Positions 1 to 9,675 of a stretch of 64,000 bases of DNA are shown here, one piece after another. The stretch's first letter is position 1. Each line of letters begins with the position of its first letter. A program made the translations under genes and the position numbers. Source of the DNA: Rubripirellula sp. (lineage in GTDB: Bacteria > Planctomycetota > Planctomycetia > Pirellulales > Pirellulaceae); contig OZ244207.1 in NCBI GenBank assembly GCA_965216875.1, forward strand, positions 6,176,001-6,240,000, in the 5' to 3' direction. The notes beneath the pieces are model-generated. The model was not told where the DNA came from. It saw only the letters and a program-made list of their open reading frames with translations, and did not search any database.

Positions 1-2
1 TC

Positions 3-761
3 GCTCTCGCCGCCTCCGAAGCATTGTTGAAACGCATCAAAGACGGCGCTCGCATTGAATCGATCCAACAAGCCAAAGCGCAGGTCGCACTGCAACAAGA
101 ACGTCTCAAACTGATCGAAGACCGCATCAACAAGTCAACAATCACCGCTCCCTTTGATGGCTACATCTCGGCCGAATTCACGGAGGTGGGTGCATGGATT
201 TCTCAAGGCGATCCCATCGTCGAGATCATTCAGCTTGACGAAGTGGAGATCCAAGCTCCTGTGACGGCCGAGTCGGTCGTTCACCTTCGCATCGGTGATG
301 TGATCCGCGTCGAGTTCCCCGAGCTGCCCAACGAATTGATCACCGGGACCATCGATCGCATCGTTCCCATTGCCACCTCGCGATCGCGAACGTTTCCGGT
401 GATCATCAAACTGGAAAACTCAATTCGCGACGGCACGCCGATGTTGATGGCTGGCATGCTCGCGCGCGTCGAAATACCGGCCGGCACGCGTGAAGCTTTG
501 CCATTGGTTCCCAAAGACTCGCTGGTCCTCAACGGCAACGATCGCAGCGTGTTTTTGGTTGATCGAAAAAGCGACGATGAAGTGATCGCCCGGAAGGTGC
601 GCGTCGATCTTGGTGTTGCGGTCGACGATCGCATCCAGGTGCGCGGCGATATCGATGCGGACGACCAAGTGGTTGTCGCCGGCAATGAACGCCTGCTTCC
701 TGGTGCATCGGTCAAGATCCTTCGAAACGTCGACGGCCAATCGACCGAAGACAACCGATAG
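3..761 (+). CDS. RND efflux periplasmic adaptor (membrane fusion protein), 5'-partial
   Basis: Coiled coil followed by ITAPFDGYI lipoyl-like motif, SRTFPV, LMAGMLARV and VPKDSLV; directly upstream of an RND permease; frame open to window edge. Confidence 0.9.
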   Translation, partial: ALAASEALLKRIKDGARIESIQQAKAQVALQQERLKLIEDRINKSTITAPFDGYISAEFTEVGAWISQGDPIVEIIQLDEVEIQAPVTAESVVHLRIGDVIRVEFPELPNELITGTIDRIVPIATSRSRTFPVIIKLENSIRDGTPMLMAGMLARVEIPAGTREALPLVPKDSLVLNGNDRSVFLVDRKSDDEVIARKVRVDLGVAVDDRIQVRGDIDADDQVVVAGNERLLPGASVKILRNVDGQSTEDNR

Positions 762-801
762 CCGCGTTTTCCACCCCGTCGCCCTCCACGTCCCACCAAC
801 G

Positions 802-3800
802 ATGAAACTGTTCGAGACCTTCATTCGAAACCCGGTCAAGGTCTCGGTGTGCGTTTTGATCGTCGTGCTGTTCGGGTCGATCTCATTGGTGACGATGCCC
901 AAGCAGCTCATTCCGGGCGTGCAGAATCCGATTCTGTCCGTCGAAACGAGTTGGCCCGGCGCAAGCCCTCAAGAGATCGAACGTGAGATCATCCAAGAGC
1001 AAGAAGAACAGCTCGCGGCAGTTCAAGGGCTCGTCAAAATGACATCGCGATGTCGAGACTCGCGCGCCGACATCACGCTTGAATTCGCCGTCGGGACCGA
1101 CATCGAAGACGCGATGATGCGCGTCAACACACGTCTACAACAGGTACGTGAATACCCGATCAACGCTCGTGAGCCGGTGATCGAAGCGTCGGATGTGTCG
1201 GACAGTCCCATCGCCCGTTTCGCCTTGACCGCTCGACCACCCTCGCGCGAAAAGATTGCTGCGTTTCAACAGGAACATCCTGAACTTGCCGAAGCACTCA
1301 CCCCGTCACTAACGGCGATCAATACGGGATTGCGCGTCTACCGACTGCAGCGTCTCTATGACGAACTTGGAAGCGACCATCCCGAGCTCAAAGAACTGCT
1401 GCCGCCCGAAGTCGATCTCCAAGAAGTGCGCAAGCTTTCAGAAGACTTGATTGAACCGCATTTTGAACGCGTCCCCGGTGTTGCCGAGGCCGACACCTAC
1501 GGCGGCCAAGACGAAGAACTTCAAGTCATTGTCGATCCCGAGCGTCTGGCGTCGCGCCAATTGACGATCGAGGATGTCCGTGTCGCCCTCGGTGGCCAAA
1601 ACAAAGACACTTCAGGCGGCAATCTCTGGGAAGGCAAACGACGTTGGGTGATTCGAACACTCGGCCAATTCCGCGACCCCGAGCATGTGCGATTGCAAGT
1701 CCTGGCTACGACGGACGACGGAACGCCGATCTATGTTGGCGATGTTGCCGAAGTCCAAGTCGCCTACAAGAAACTCGACAGCCTCTCTCGGCGCTATGGC
1801 TTGACCAGTAACGGACTCAGTATTCGCCGCGCGTCGGGTGCAAACGTTCTTGAAGTGATGCAGGGTGTTCGTAGAGCAACCGACCAACTGAACAATGGTC
1901 TGCTCAAACGACTCGACCTGGAACTGTTCCAGTATTACGACGAAACCGAATACATCGAATCGGCGATCGGTCTCGTCCAACAAAACATCTTTGTCGGCGG
2001 AGCGCTCACGATCATCGTGTTGTTGCTCTTTCTTCACCTCGGTCGTCGAACCTTGTTGGCCGTTCCGCTGATCGCGTTTTGCGCCGTCGCATCGATCCTC
2101 GTTTCGCCTTGGTTCTTCGTTCTCACTCTCACCCTAACTCTGGTCGCAGGTTTTTGGTTTGGCCGCGGTGCATTGGTCGTCGGACTAGCGATCCCAGTCA
2201 GTATTGTCGGAACGTTCTTGATGCTCGGCTTGATGGGGCGGTCGCTCAATGTGATCAGCCTCGCGGGACTCGCGTTCGCTGTTGGGATGCTTGTTGATAA
2301 CGCGGTCGTCGTATTGGAAAACATTTACCGTCATCGCCAGATGGGCGATTCGGCCTTGAATTCCGCCATCGCGGGTGTCTCGGAAGTTGCCGGCGCCGTC
2401 GTTGCCTCGACGTTGACCACCATCGCGGTATTCATTCCCGTTTTGTTTGTCGAAGAAACCTCGGGCCAACTCTTCCGCGACATCGCATTGGCAATCAGCT
2501 GTGCGGTCAGCCTTTCGCTGCTTGTCTCATTTACGGTCATCCCCACCGCCAGCGCCCGCTTGTTCCAAAAAATGAACAGCCAAGATTCTTCGGACAGGTC
2601 GGCGCCAAGCAAGCCCGTTCAATGGATCGGTGGCGCAGCTGAGCGGTTTGTTGAAGGGATTTATCAAACCAATCGCTGGGTGGTATCGCGTCGTTTGCGA
2701 TGCTTCTTTCTGATCGTTGGAATGGTTACTGTCTCGGTTGGCGCGACCGCACTGCTTTGGCCGCGAGTCGAATACCTGCCGACGGGGAATCGCAACTTTG
2801 TCTTCTGCAGCCTGTCGCCTCCGCCGGGCTACAACATGCAAGAGTTGACCGAAATGGGCAAAAAGGTCGAAGCCGACTTGGAGCCCTATTGGAATGTCGA
2901 TCCCGGCAGTCCTGAAGCCGCCGAACTCGAGTACCCCGCAATCGACTACTACTTCTACGCCGTGCGCGGAACGTCGGTCTTTATGGGTTTTCGGACGGTC
3001 GATGAGACGAGGATTCGCGAACTGATCCCTTTGGTCAAAGCAACCGGATCGCAGTTCCCTGGCACGCGCGCGATCGCCAAACAATCGAGCCTGTTTGAAC
3101 GGGGACTGACAAGCGGAAGAACGATCGACATCGAGATCACCGGTGGCGACCTCGACAAACTGATCGCCATTGGTCAACGCGTGATCGACGACGTCAAACG
3201 TTTGATCCCCGAAGCTCAAGCGATGCCCCAACCGAGCTTGGACCTATCAAGCCCCGAGATTCATGTCACACCCAAACTCGTCGAATCGTCCGAGATGGGC
3301 ATCAGTGCTTCCGAATTGGGTTACACCGTCGACGCGTTGGTCGATGGTGCCTACGCAGGCGACTACTTTGTCGCTGGCGACAAGATCGACTTGACGATCA
3401 TTGGCAAGGACGCGTTCGACCGACGCACTCAAGATCTCTTGTCGATTCCAGTGGCAACGCGTTCGGGCGAAACGGTGCCGCTTTCGGCGCTGGCAAGCAT
3501 CAAGTACAGCAGCGGTCCCGAAGCGATCTACCGCCGGGAAAAACTCCGTGCGATCACGATCTCGGTCACCCCACCGATCGAGATGCCGCTCGAGGAAGCA
3601 ATGTTGGTCATCAGCGGCGAGATCGTCGAAGCGCTGCATGACGATGGTTCGCTCGATGGGGAAACAATGATCGCACTGTCGGGAACGGCCGATAAGTTGC
3701 GTCAAGCGTGGGAAGCACTTCGTTGGAACTTGCTGCTCGCGCTGGTGATCACTTATCTGTTGATGGCCGCACTTTTCGAGTCGTGGATCTATCCGCTGGT

Positions 3801-4248
3801 GATTCTGTTTAGTGTCCCGTTGGGTTCGGTCGGTGGCGTGCTCGGTTTGTGGGTATTGAACCTGTTTATCTTTCAAGCACTCGACGTGATCACGATGCTT
3901 GGCTTCGTGATTCTGATCGGCACCGTGGTCAACAATGCCATCTTGATCGTTCACCAATCGCTCCATCTGATGCGCAGCGGAACGCCGCCGCGACAAGCCG
4001 TTCCCGATAGCGTTCGCACGCGAATTCGGCCGATCTTTATTACCACGTCGACAACGGTATTGGGACTGTTGCCGCTGGTGATCTTCCCGGGGGCCGGCAG
4101 TGAACTTTATCGAGGCCTCGGCGCGGTTGTCCTCGGCGGCCTCTTGATTTCGACCCTATTCACCCTCTTCCTCGTCCCCGCCGTCTTCGTCCTCACGATG
4201 GACGTTGTCAAACGGGGCCAAGCACTTATCGCGCCGACGAGCGAATAA
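802..4248 (+). CDS. RND efflux permease (AcrB/AcrD/AcrF family)
   Basis: WPGASPQEIE, GMLVDNAVVVLENI, GTVVNNAIL and RIRPIFITT motifs; ATG at 802 preferred over ORF start 610, which overlaps the adaptor. Confidence 0.93.
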   Translation: MKLFETFIRNPVKVSVCVLIVVLFGSISLVTMPKQLIPGVQNPILSVETSWPGASPQEIEREIIQEQEEQLAAVQGLVKMTSRCRDSRADITLEFAVGTDIEDAMMRVNTRLQQVREYPINAREPVIEASDVSDSPIARFALTARPPSREKIAAFQQEHPELAEALTPSLTAINTGLRVYRLQRLYDELGSDHPELKELLPPEVDLQEVRKLSEDLIEPHFERVPGVAEADTYGGQDEELQVIVDPERLASRQLTIEDVRVALGGQNKDTSGGNLWEGKRRWVIRTLGQFRDPEHVRLQVLATTDDGTPIYVGDVAEVQVAYKKLDSLSRRYGLTSNGLSIRRASGANVLEVMQGVRRATDQLNNGLLKRLDLELFQYYDETEYIESAIGLVQQNIFVGGALTIIVLLLFLHLGRRTLLAVPLIAFCAVASILVSPWFFVLTLTLTLVAGFWFGRGALVVGLAIPVSIVGTFLMLGLMGRSLNVISLAGLAFAVGMLVDNAVVVLENIYRHRQMGDSALNSAIAGVSEVAGAVVASTLTTIAVFIPVLFVEETSGQLFRDIALAISCAVSLSLLVSFTVIPTASARLFQKMNSQDSSDRSAPSKPVQWIGGAAERFVEGIYQTNRWVVSRRLRCFFLIVGMVTVSVGATALLWPRVEYLPTGNRNFVFCSLSPPPGYNMQELTEMGKKVEADLEPYWNVDPGSPEAAELEYPAIDYYFYAVRGTSVFMGFRTVDETRIRELIPLVKATGSQFPGTRAIAKQSSLFERGLTSGRTIDIEITGGDLDKLIAIGQRVIDDVKRLIPEAQAMPQPSLDLSSPEIHVTPKLVESSEMGISASELGYTVDALVDGAYAGDYFVAGDKIDLTIIGKDAFDRRTQDLLSIPVATRSGETVPLSALASIKYSSGPEAIYRREKLRAITISVTPPIEMPLEEAMLVISGEIVEALHDDGSLDGETMIALSGTADKLRQAWEALRWNLLLALVITYLLMAALFESWIYPLVILFSVPLGSVGGVLGLWVLNLFIFQALDVITMLGFVILIGTVVNNAILIVHQSLHLMRSGTPPRQAVPDSVRTRIRPIFITTSTTVLGLLPLVIFPGAGSELYRGLGAVVLGGLLISTLFTLFLVPAVFVLTMDVVKRGQALIAPTSE

Positions 4249-4933
4249 GACGAATGGCAACCGCGGTGTTCCAGAGCGTTTGCATGGCGACAAAGGCGAT
4301 CATGCCGGAGTGAGTCGCTTCGAGGTTTCCCGAGGCGACGCCGCCCATGCCAATCACGGCAACCACCATTCCGATCGCGGCGGTCATTCGCATCGGAGTC
4401 GTCTGGCGCAGCATGCTGACGGACCAGAACAGAATTCCCAGCGACATACTGAGCACGCCCATCAACGCCATGACTCGAAGGATGTCGAGCAAGACGTGGC
4501 CGATGGCGTGTGCAAAGTCATCGTTGCCAGCGTCGCTCAATTCCTCGACAACACCCCAGTAGACAAAACCGTCGATTGTCGCTGCGACGATCATGCACAG
4601 ACCGCCGAACACATAGGTGATCGTTCCGGCACGGACGCACAATCGACTGCTGCCCATCAAACTTGCCAGATAGCTTGTCGATAACACGAATGTCGCGATC
4701 ACCACCACCAACGTGCCGTGCACGAGCGCGTTGAGATGATGCATAAAACGGGTTGCATGAGCCGCATCCCCAAACATCTCATGTTCATGCTGGAGCCCGT
4801 CGGCGGTGGGATGATGCAGAATCCCGACAACCGAAATGAGCGACGCCACAACGAGTAAAATGCCGGCGATCCGCATGTCGCTGCCACGTTGTTTTTCGGT
4901 ACTGTCGATGTTCGAATCAATTTGCGTCATCAC
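4226..4933 (-). CDS. Hypothetical multi-pass membrane protein
   Basis: About 6 hydrophobic segments; divergent from TetR gene; AAGGAAG upstream. Confidence 0.75.
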   Translation of the reverse strand: MMTQIDSNIDSTEKQRGSDMRIAGILLVVASLISVVGILHHPTADGLQHEHEMFGDAAHATRFMHHLNALVHGTLVVVIATFVLSTSYLASLMGSSRLCVRAGTITYVFGGLCMIVAATIDGFVYWGVVEELSDAGNDDFAHAIGHVLLDILRVMALMGVLSMSLGILFWSVSMLRQTTPMRMTAAIGMVVAVIGMGGVASGNLEATHSGMIAFVAMQTLWNTAVAIRLIRSSAR

Positions 4934-5031
4934 GCTTCCTTCTCAGTTCTCAATAAGGTTCAATTGCAGTGCGGCATGATCACGAAAACCAACGACAACG
5001 CTCAACCTGCATCGGGCTCTCGGGAGTGATT

Positions 5032-5057
5032 TCGGACAGAATCGAGAATGTGTCCGA
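5032..5057. promoter_or_regulatory. Putative TetR operator (TCGGACA-N12-TGTCCGA inverted repeat)
   Basis: Perfect 7-bp inverted repeat between the divergent membrane gene and TetR gene. Confidence 0.55.
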
Positions 5058-5081
5058 TTTCGACATCAACCACCGCCAGCC

Positions 5082-5612
5082 ATGACTGAACAGAAGAAAT
5101 CAAAGGCCCGGCAAGCACTCGCCGAGGCGTTTCGCGAGCTCGTCGTCACGCGCGATTACAACGACTTCCACGTCGCCGACATCATCTCGCAGGCAGATGT
5201 GAGTCGTTCGACTTTTTACGAACACTATCGAAACAAAGACGACATCCTTCGCGAGTCGCTCGCGGTTGTGATTGACGCACTTTCAGGAGTCGGATTCGAT
5301 GACGGCACCGATCGCGAAACGCTTGCCTTTTGGATGAACCACTTCCGCGACGTCAAAGAAGTTGCCGTGGTCTTTTTCAAATCGGACGTCAGCGAAATCG
5401 TGGTGAAGATGTTGGCGGAATCCATCGCGGATCGACTCGACCAGCACGGCCGAACAGGCTCCGTGCCGCACAAGCTCCTTGCCTTGCAGGTCGCCCATTC
5501 AACCATCGGGTTCATTCGAGCGTGGCTCACCCAATTCAATGAAATTGCCGGCGAAACAGCAACGGATCAACTACTTACTTCGACGCGTCTGCTCATCAAC
5601 ACTCAGGACTAG
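5082..5612 (+). CDS. TetR/AcrR family transcriptional regulator
   Basis: N-terminal HTH: VADIISQADVSRSTFYEHYRNKDDIL. Confidence 0.92.
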   Translation: MTEQKKSKARQALAEAFRELVVTRDYNDFHVADIISQADVSRSTFYEHYRNKDDILRESLAVVIDALSGVGFDDGTDRETLAFWMNHFRDVKEVAVVFFKSDVSEIVVKMLAESIADRLDQHGRTGSVPHKLLALQVAHSTIGFIRAWLTQFNEIAGETATDQLLTSTRLLINTQD

Positions 5613-5614
5613 CC

Positions 5615-6097
5615 ATGCGTACCGCGACAACCGCAAACGACGTCGACCAGATCGCCCACTGCATTGCCAATCTTGTTCGATTTGTGCAGCAGCAGGACGC
5701 AGGGTGCATCGATCCCTACGCGATGGGTCTCTCAACCGAGGCCCACGAGTACGCGGCCAAATACATCAATAGCGACGACGCCTTTGCGTTGGTCGAAGAA
5801 AGGGACGAGCGCGTCGTCGCCTGCCTTGCCGCGCGGATCACCGAAACATCTTTTCCGCCGAGCAGCATCGGTTTAGTCGGCATGATCGATGTTTGTTGGG
5901 TCGACCAAGATCACCGCCAAAAGGGAATTGGTAAACGAATGCTTCGTGAAGCGGAAAACCGATTTCGCGTGTCAGGTGTCAAACACATCGAACTCTCCTA
6001 CTTGGCAAGCAACGGCATTGCCGAGAAAGCATGGCACGGCCTCGGTTTCAAACCGTTTCGCATCTTCGCGTTCAAGGAGATCCCAAGTGAGCCGTGA
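5615..6097 (+). CDS. GNAT family N-acetyltransferase
   Basis: Motif A VDQDHRQKGIGKRML; N..A...W..LGF C-terminal motif; 2 bp after TetR. Confidence 0.88.
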   Translation: MRTATTANDVDQIAHCIANLVRFVQQQDAGCIDPYAMGLSTEAHEYAAKYINSDDAFALVEERDERVVACLAARITETSFPPSSIGLVGMIDVCWVDQDHRQKGIGKRMLREAENRFRVSGVKHIELSYLASNGIAEKAWHGLGFKPFRIFAFKEIPSEP

Positions 6098-6127
6098 CTC
6101 ACGTCAGCGGCGCATTGGCTGCTGTTG

Positions 6128-6347
6128 GTAGTACCGAGCTTTAGCCGGAGTCTTCTCAAATTCCACTCTTCTTGAACTGCATGTTTTTGCCAGCTCTCTT
6201 CAATCTGTCCCAGGCTATGATCACAAGCTGAACCTTTTGTGTGTCTTCTCGTGTTTCTCGTGGCCCATCGACTACCCGGAAACCCCGTGAGCGCGCCGCT
6301 CCTGAGGAGTCGAAACCGCGACAGCTCGGCGGGAGCCTCGCCCTCCC
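6128..6347. repeat. REP-like repeat remnants (GTAG-type half copy 6128-6155; GGGAGC..CGCCCTCCC type 6322-6347)
   Basis: GTAGTACCGAGCTTTAGCCGGA matches the element at 43186; CAGCTCGGCGGGAGCCTCGCCCTCCC matches copies at 49676 and 49718. Confidence 0.7.
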
Positions 6348-6401
6348 ATCTTTCAAAGACAAGCTGGGGGACAGACCACCAAGGCTGAGCGTAGCGCGTC
6401 T

Positions 6402-6677
6402 GTGGGCGCTGAGCGATGGGAATACGGATCCTTGTGGCGATGGCTTCAGAAACCGGAACCCGATCCTCCGCTGCTATCGTCATGGCCCATCCTTCGCTCA
6501 CCCGAATGGGTCGCGCGCGTCAACGATCCGCTTACCGATAAGGAGCGTGAAGCTATTCGGACCAGTGTCCAACGAGAGCGTCCGTTCGGAGACGCTACTT
6601 GGACAGAAGCGATTGCTGGTCGGCTCGGTCTGTGGTCCACGATCCGACCTCGCGTAAGACCCCGCAAGCACTTCTAG
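6402..6677 (+). pseudogene. C-terminal fragment of a Y1/RAYT-like (HUH) transposase
   Basis: WEYGSLWRW...WVARVNDPLT..EREAIRTSVQRERPFG..W....AGRLGL.STIRPR.RPRK resembles the C-terminus of planctomycete REP-associated transposases; HUH part absent. Confidence 0.65.
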
Positions 6678-7433
6678 CCAAAAAAGACCCCCGCCCCTAT
6701 TCTTCTGTACTTATTCAACGCGAAGTCGCAAGGGCGCTCGGGGGATTCGCTTGGAGATCTCGTTGCCCAACTTTGCGTACTTGGTTTTAATAAGTTGTTC
6801 ACGACACGATGAATTCCGTCTTTCACTTGCCTGTTCGCTAGAACGAATCGCTAGCCCCAGCTTCAGTTTCTTTCGTCGCAAGAAACGCTATTCGTTATGC
6901 GTTCTTCTCTTTGCGTCATTGCGCCCTCGCGCCTCTGCGTTTTCGCAGCCGTAAACGCCACCAAAAAACTTGTTCTACCTTGTTAAAGGTTGGTGGAAGC
7001 CTTCGCCGCGATGTGAAAGGCTTCGCCGGGGTCAGGCCTTGTGTTCCAACAAGACGGCGCGATGGAGGGTTGGCAAGAAGTACAGGAAAGAGAGACAGAA
7101 AAATGGGGGACAAAAGATGGGGTTGCTTCAAGACCTGTCACCTAGCGTGGCATTCGAATGCGTTGGCAAAAAGATGTGCGGCAGAAAGATGAAGACGGGT
7201 CATCGTCACTTTATGAGAACAGTAGATGAGCTTGGATAAACACTTACACATCATCTGCGTTCATTCGTGTGTATCTACGGTTCCTCTCGAGAGCCTTGAA
7301 GCATCATGGCGACTCCCCATCCTGTGCCTATTGGAGATTATCACGAACGAGCCGGATCACACGATTGAAGAATCGACAATGCGTTCGCAACGTAGCACGT
7401 CGTTTTGTGGCCGGTTCGGGTTCGCCACGCATC

Positions 7434-8444
7434 TCACGAGCGACAAAGTGAGAGAAGCAGTCTAACGGGCGGCTCTTTCAAGAATTCTTCGTCGGCCACC
7501 TCCGCGAGTCGCTTTGTGGTTTCTCTCGCCTCATCCATTCGATCGGCGCTGACGAGCACTCGAGCTTTTCCAAAGAAGGCTGGCGAGTACTCGTCATCGC
7601 ATTCGATGGAGCGATCAAAGCTCTCAAGCGCCTCGTCAACTCGGCCAAGCTTCGCTAAACACTCGGCGTGGTTGTTCCACAACGGCGGGTTGTTTTCTCC
7701 TGATTCAGCAATCGCGTCAAAACACTCAAGCGCGTCTTCAAATCGATCAAGCCTTGCCAGACAAAGGGCGAGTTCTCCGAGGGCAACGGTATTTCGCGAA
7801 GTTGCGTAGGCCTGCTCAACCAACTCCAATCCCTTTTCGTCGCCGCGATGAACCATGCAGACGCCAATTCCGAGACCGGCTGCATAGTCCTCTTTGTCGA
7901 GAGTCAATGCTCGTCGATAACTCTCTTCCGCTTCTTCGAGCCGTCCCAGTGAACGCAAACTATTGCCACGGTTGGACCAGGTCATTGGATCTTCGGTATC
8001 AATGGCGAGCGCCGCCTCATAGGCTAGAAGCGCCCCTTCGTGAAGTCCGTTGTCATCAAGGATCCCGCCCATATTGATCCAAGCGTCGGCCATCGTTGGA
8101 TCGATATCAACCACCTTCTGGTAGCACTCGACCGCCTCGCGAAGATCATCGTGGTCTTTGTAGAGGTTTGCCAGATTGTAAAGTGGCAAGGCTGCCATCT
8201 CTCCGGCATGCTCGGCCGATGCCGTGTAGGCAGCGACTGCTTGTTCCTTCTCGCCTTTGGCACCATGCGCGATGCCTTTCATAAAGAGAAGCTGAGCGTT
8301 GGTAGCATCGCTTGGGAGAAAACCGTCCAACCGCTCAATCGCGAGATCAAACTGTCCTTCTTCGATGAGGTTGTGAACTTCAAGGCTGAACTGATCGACG
8401 TCGACATCGTTCACTATGCTTCTCCGGTTCAATGATTCCAACAA
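7434..8444 (-). CDS. Tetratricopeptide repeat protein
   Basis: Multiple TPR units (AWINMGGILDD, TWSNRGNSLRSLGRLEEA, LWNNHAECLAKLGRVDEA); start uncertain. Confidence 0.88.
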   Translation of the reverse strand: MLESLNRRSIVNDVDVDQFSLEVHNLIEEGQFDLAIERLDGFLPSDATNAQLLFMKGIAHGAKGEKEQAVAAYTASAEHAGEMAALPLYNLANLYKDHDDLREAVECYQKVVDIDPTMADAWINMGGILDDNGLHEGALLAYEAALAIDTEDPMTWSNRGNSLRSLGRLEEAEESYRRALTLDKEDYAAGLGIGVCMVHRGDEKGLELVEQAYATSRNTVALGELALCLARLDRFEDALECFDAIAESGENNPPLWNNHAECLAKLGRVDEALESFDRSIECDDEYSPAFFGKARVLVSADRMDEARETTKRLAEVADEEFLKEPPVRLLLSLCRS

Positions 8445-8609
8445 AAGTCACCCAAAAGAAATGGAAGTGACCTTTCGGTGTCATTGTCGCCGGTTTTCGC
8501 GTGAAGCAACAGACGGCCACCAGCCGTGAGCTGGCGAGTTTTTTACCCCGTTCGACCAAGTGAGAAGCGACTCGGTCGCGCAAACGGCGTTCATGCGAAC
8601 ACCCCAAGC

Positions 8610-8640
8610 CCTTCATGCGCGACGCGATCGCGCATGAAGG
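8610..8640 (-). terminator. 13-bp stem hairpin downstream of the pilin gene (terminator or mRNA-stabilising stem)
   Basis: CCTTCATGCGCGA-cgcga-TCGCGCATGAAGG, 20 nt after the pilin stop; no U-tract. Confidence 0.45.
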
Positions 8641-8660
8641 ACCAGCGGGCATCAAGCGAC

Positions 8661-9011
8661 CTACGGTTCCAGGATGAGGCCGCCAAATCCGTCGCCACCA
8701 GCTGCGGTGGCTGCGCCGAACACATTGTTGTCCAAACGACCGGTGTCGGTGTTGGCAAGAATCGTTGCGGCATCGAGCGCGATCGCACCGGATGCTGGGG
8801 TCGTCGTTTCGATCAACTTGCCCGAGACGATTGGACCATTGTCGTCAGCGTGGGCACCAGGCAAGACGGACGCGACTGCGGCGACCAAGTCGCTCGTTTG
8901 ATGACCGAACAGCGACACCGAAGCGGCACAGATAAGTGCGACGCCTGCGATGATCAAACCGTACTCGACCAGACCTTGTCCCTTTTTGTTGCGAATGAGT
9001 TTTCGTGACAT
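8661..9011 (-). CDS. Flp-family (type IVb/Tad) pilin-like protein
   Basis: Basic leader then class III signal G|QGLVEYGLIIAGVALI with Flp-type E5-Y6. Confidence 0.82.
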   Translation of the reverse strand: MSRKLIRNKKGQGLVEYGLIIAGVALICAASVSLFGHQTSDLVAAVASVLPGAHADDNGPIVSGKLIETTTPASGAIALDAATILANTDTGRLDNNVFGAATAAGGDGFGGLILEP

Positions 9012-9221
9012 GTAACTGTTTCCTATTGAAAAATGTGCTTAGTTAAAAATGGGGTCGCCGAACGCAAACGGTTCGACAGATTGGTTACTAGGACTGCGTA
9101 GACTCGCAGACCTCGTTTTTTGATCGCGATCGTTCGACCGCAATGACAAGTGAACATGGTTGGTTGCACGCGCTTGCATGAAGAACCAACGACGAAAACG
9201 ACGCGAAACGGATTCCGCAAT

Positions 9222-9626
9222 TCAACCGCCGGGTGGACCTCGAGGAAGAAAGCTCGAGCGTGTTGTTGCGGAAATCAATTCCGCACAACACGGACGCGCG
9301 ACCGCTGCCACCGCCACATCCATGACCACCGATGACTCGATCGGCGCCTGTTGAGGTTGCGCCAGAATTTGGCAGAAAGCACAAGGTGACGAATCGCGTC
9401 GTTTGCGGTCATCAGAAGGATCCGACGGTTCATTGTCGGCTTGTTGGATGGTTAGCGAGCACTCGGGATCGCTGCAACAGGTCACTCCAGCGGTGGAGCG
9501 AACGTAGAAATGCAACGATCGCGGACCGGTGAATTGAACGCAACAAAGCGTCAATACGACCAGCGCAAGCAAGAGCCTTGCGGCTCGCTTGGCTGCGATC
9601 GTTCCTTGACGCCTTATTCGTTGCAT
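9222..9626 (-). CDS. DUF2946-like protein with CxxC and C-terminal RGPP motif
   Basis: N-terminal hydrophobic segment, CAFC, ends FLPRGPPGG. Confidence 0.72.
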   Translation of the reverse strand: MQRIRRQGTIAAKRAARLLLALVVLTLCCVQFTGPRSLHFYVRSTAGVTCCSDPECSLTIQQADNEPSDPSDDRKRRDSSPCAFCQILAQPQQAPIESSVVMDVAVAAVARPCCAELISATTRSSFLPRGPPGG

Positions 9627-9675
9627 GATCAATGTTGGCTCAGTGTTCAACAGATGCGTTTCGACGCTTTCGCTC

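Noticed and set aside
7434..8444. TPR gene as TadD pilotin of a full Tad system
   Set aside because: No lipoprotein signal and no other tad genes in the window; about 215 bp and a hairpin separate it from the pilin
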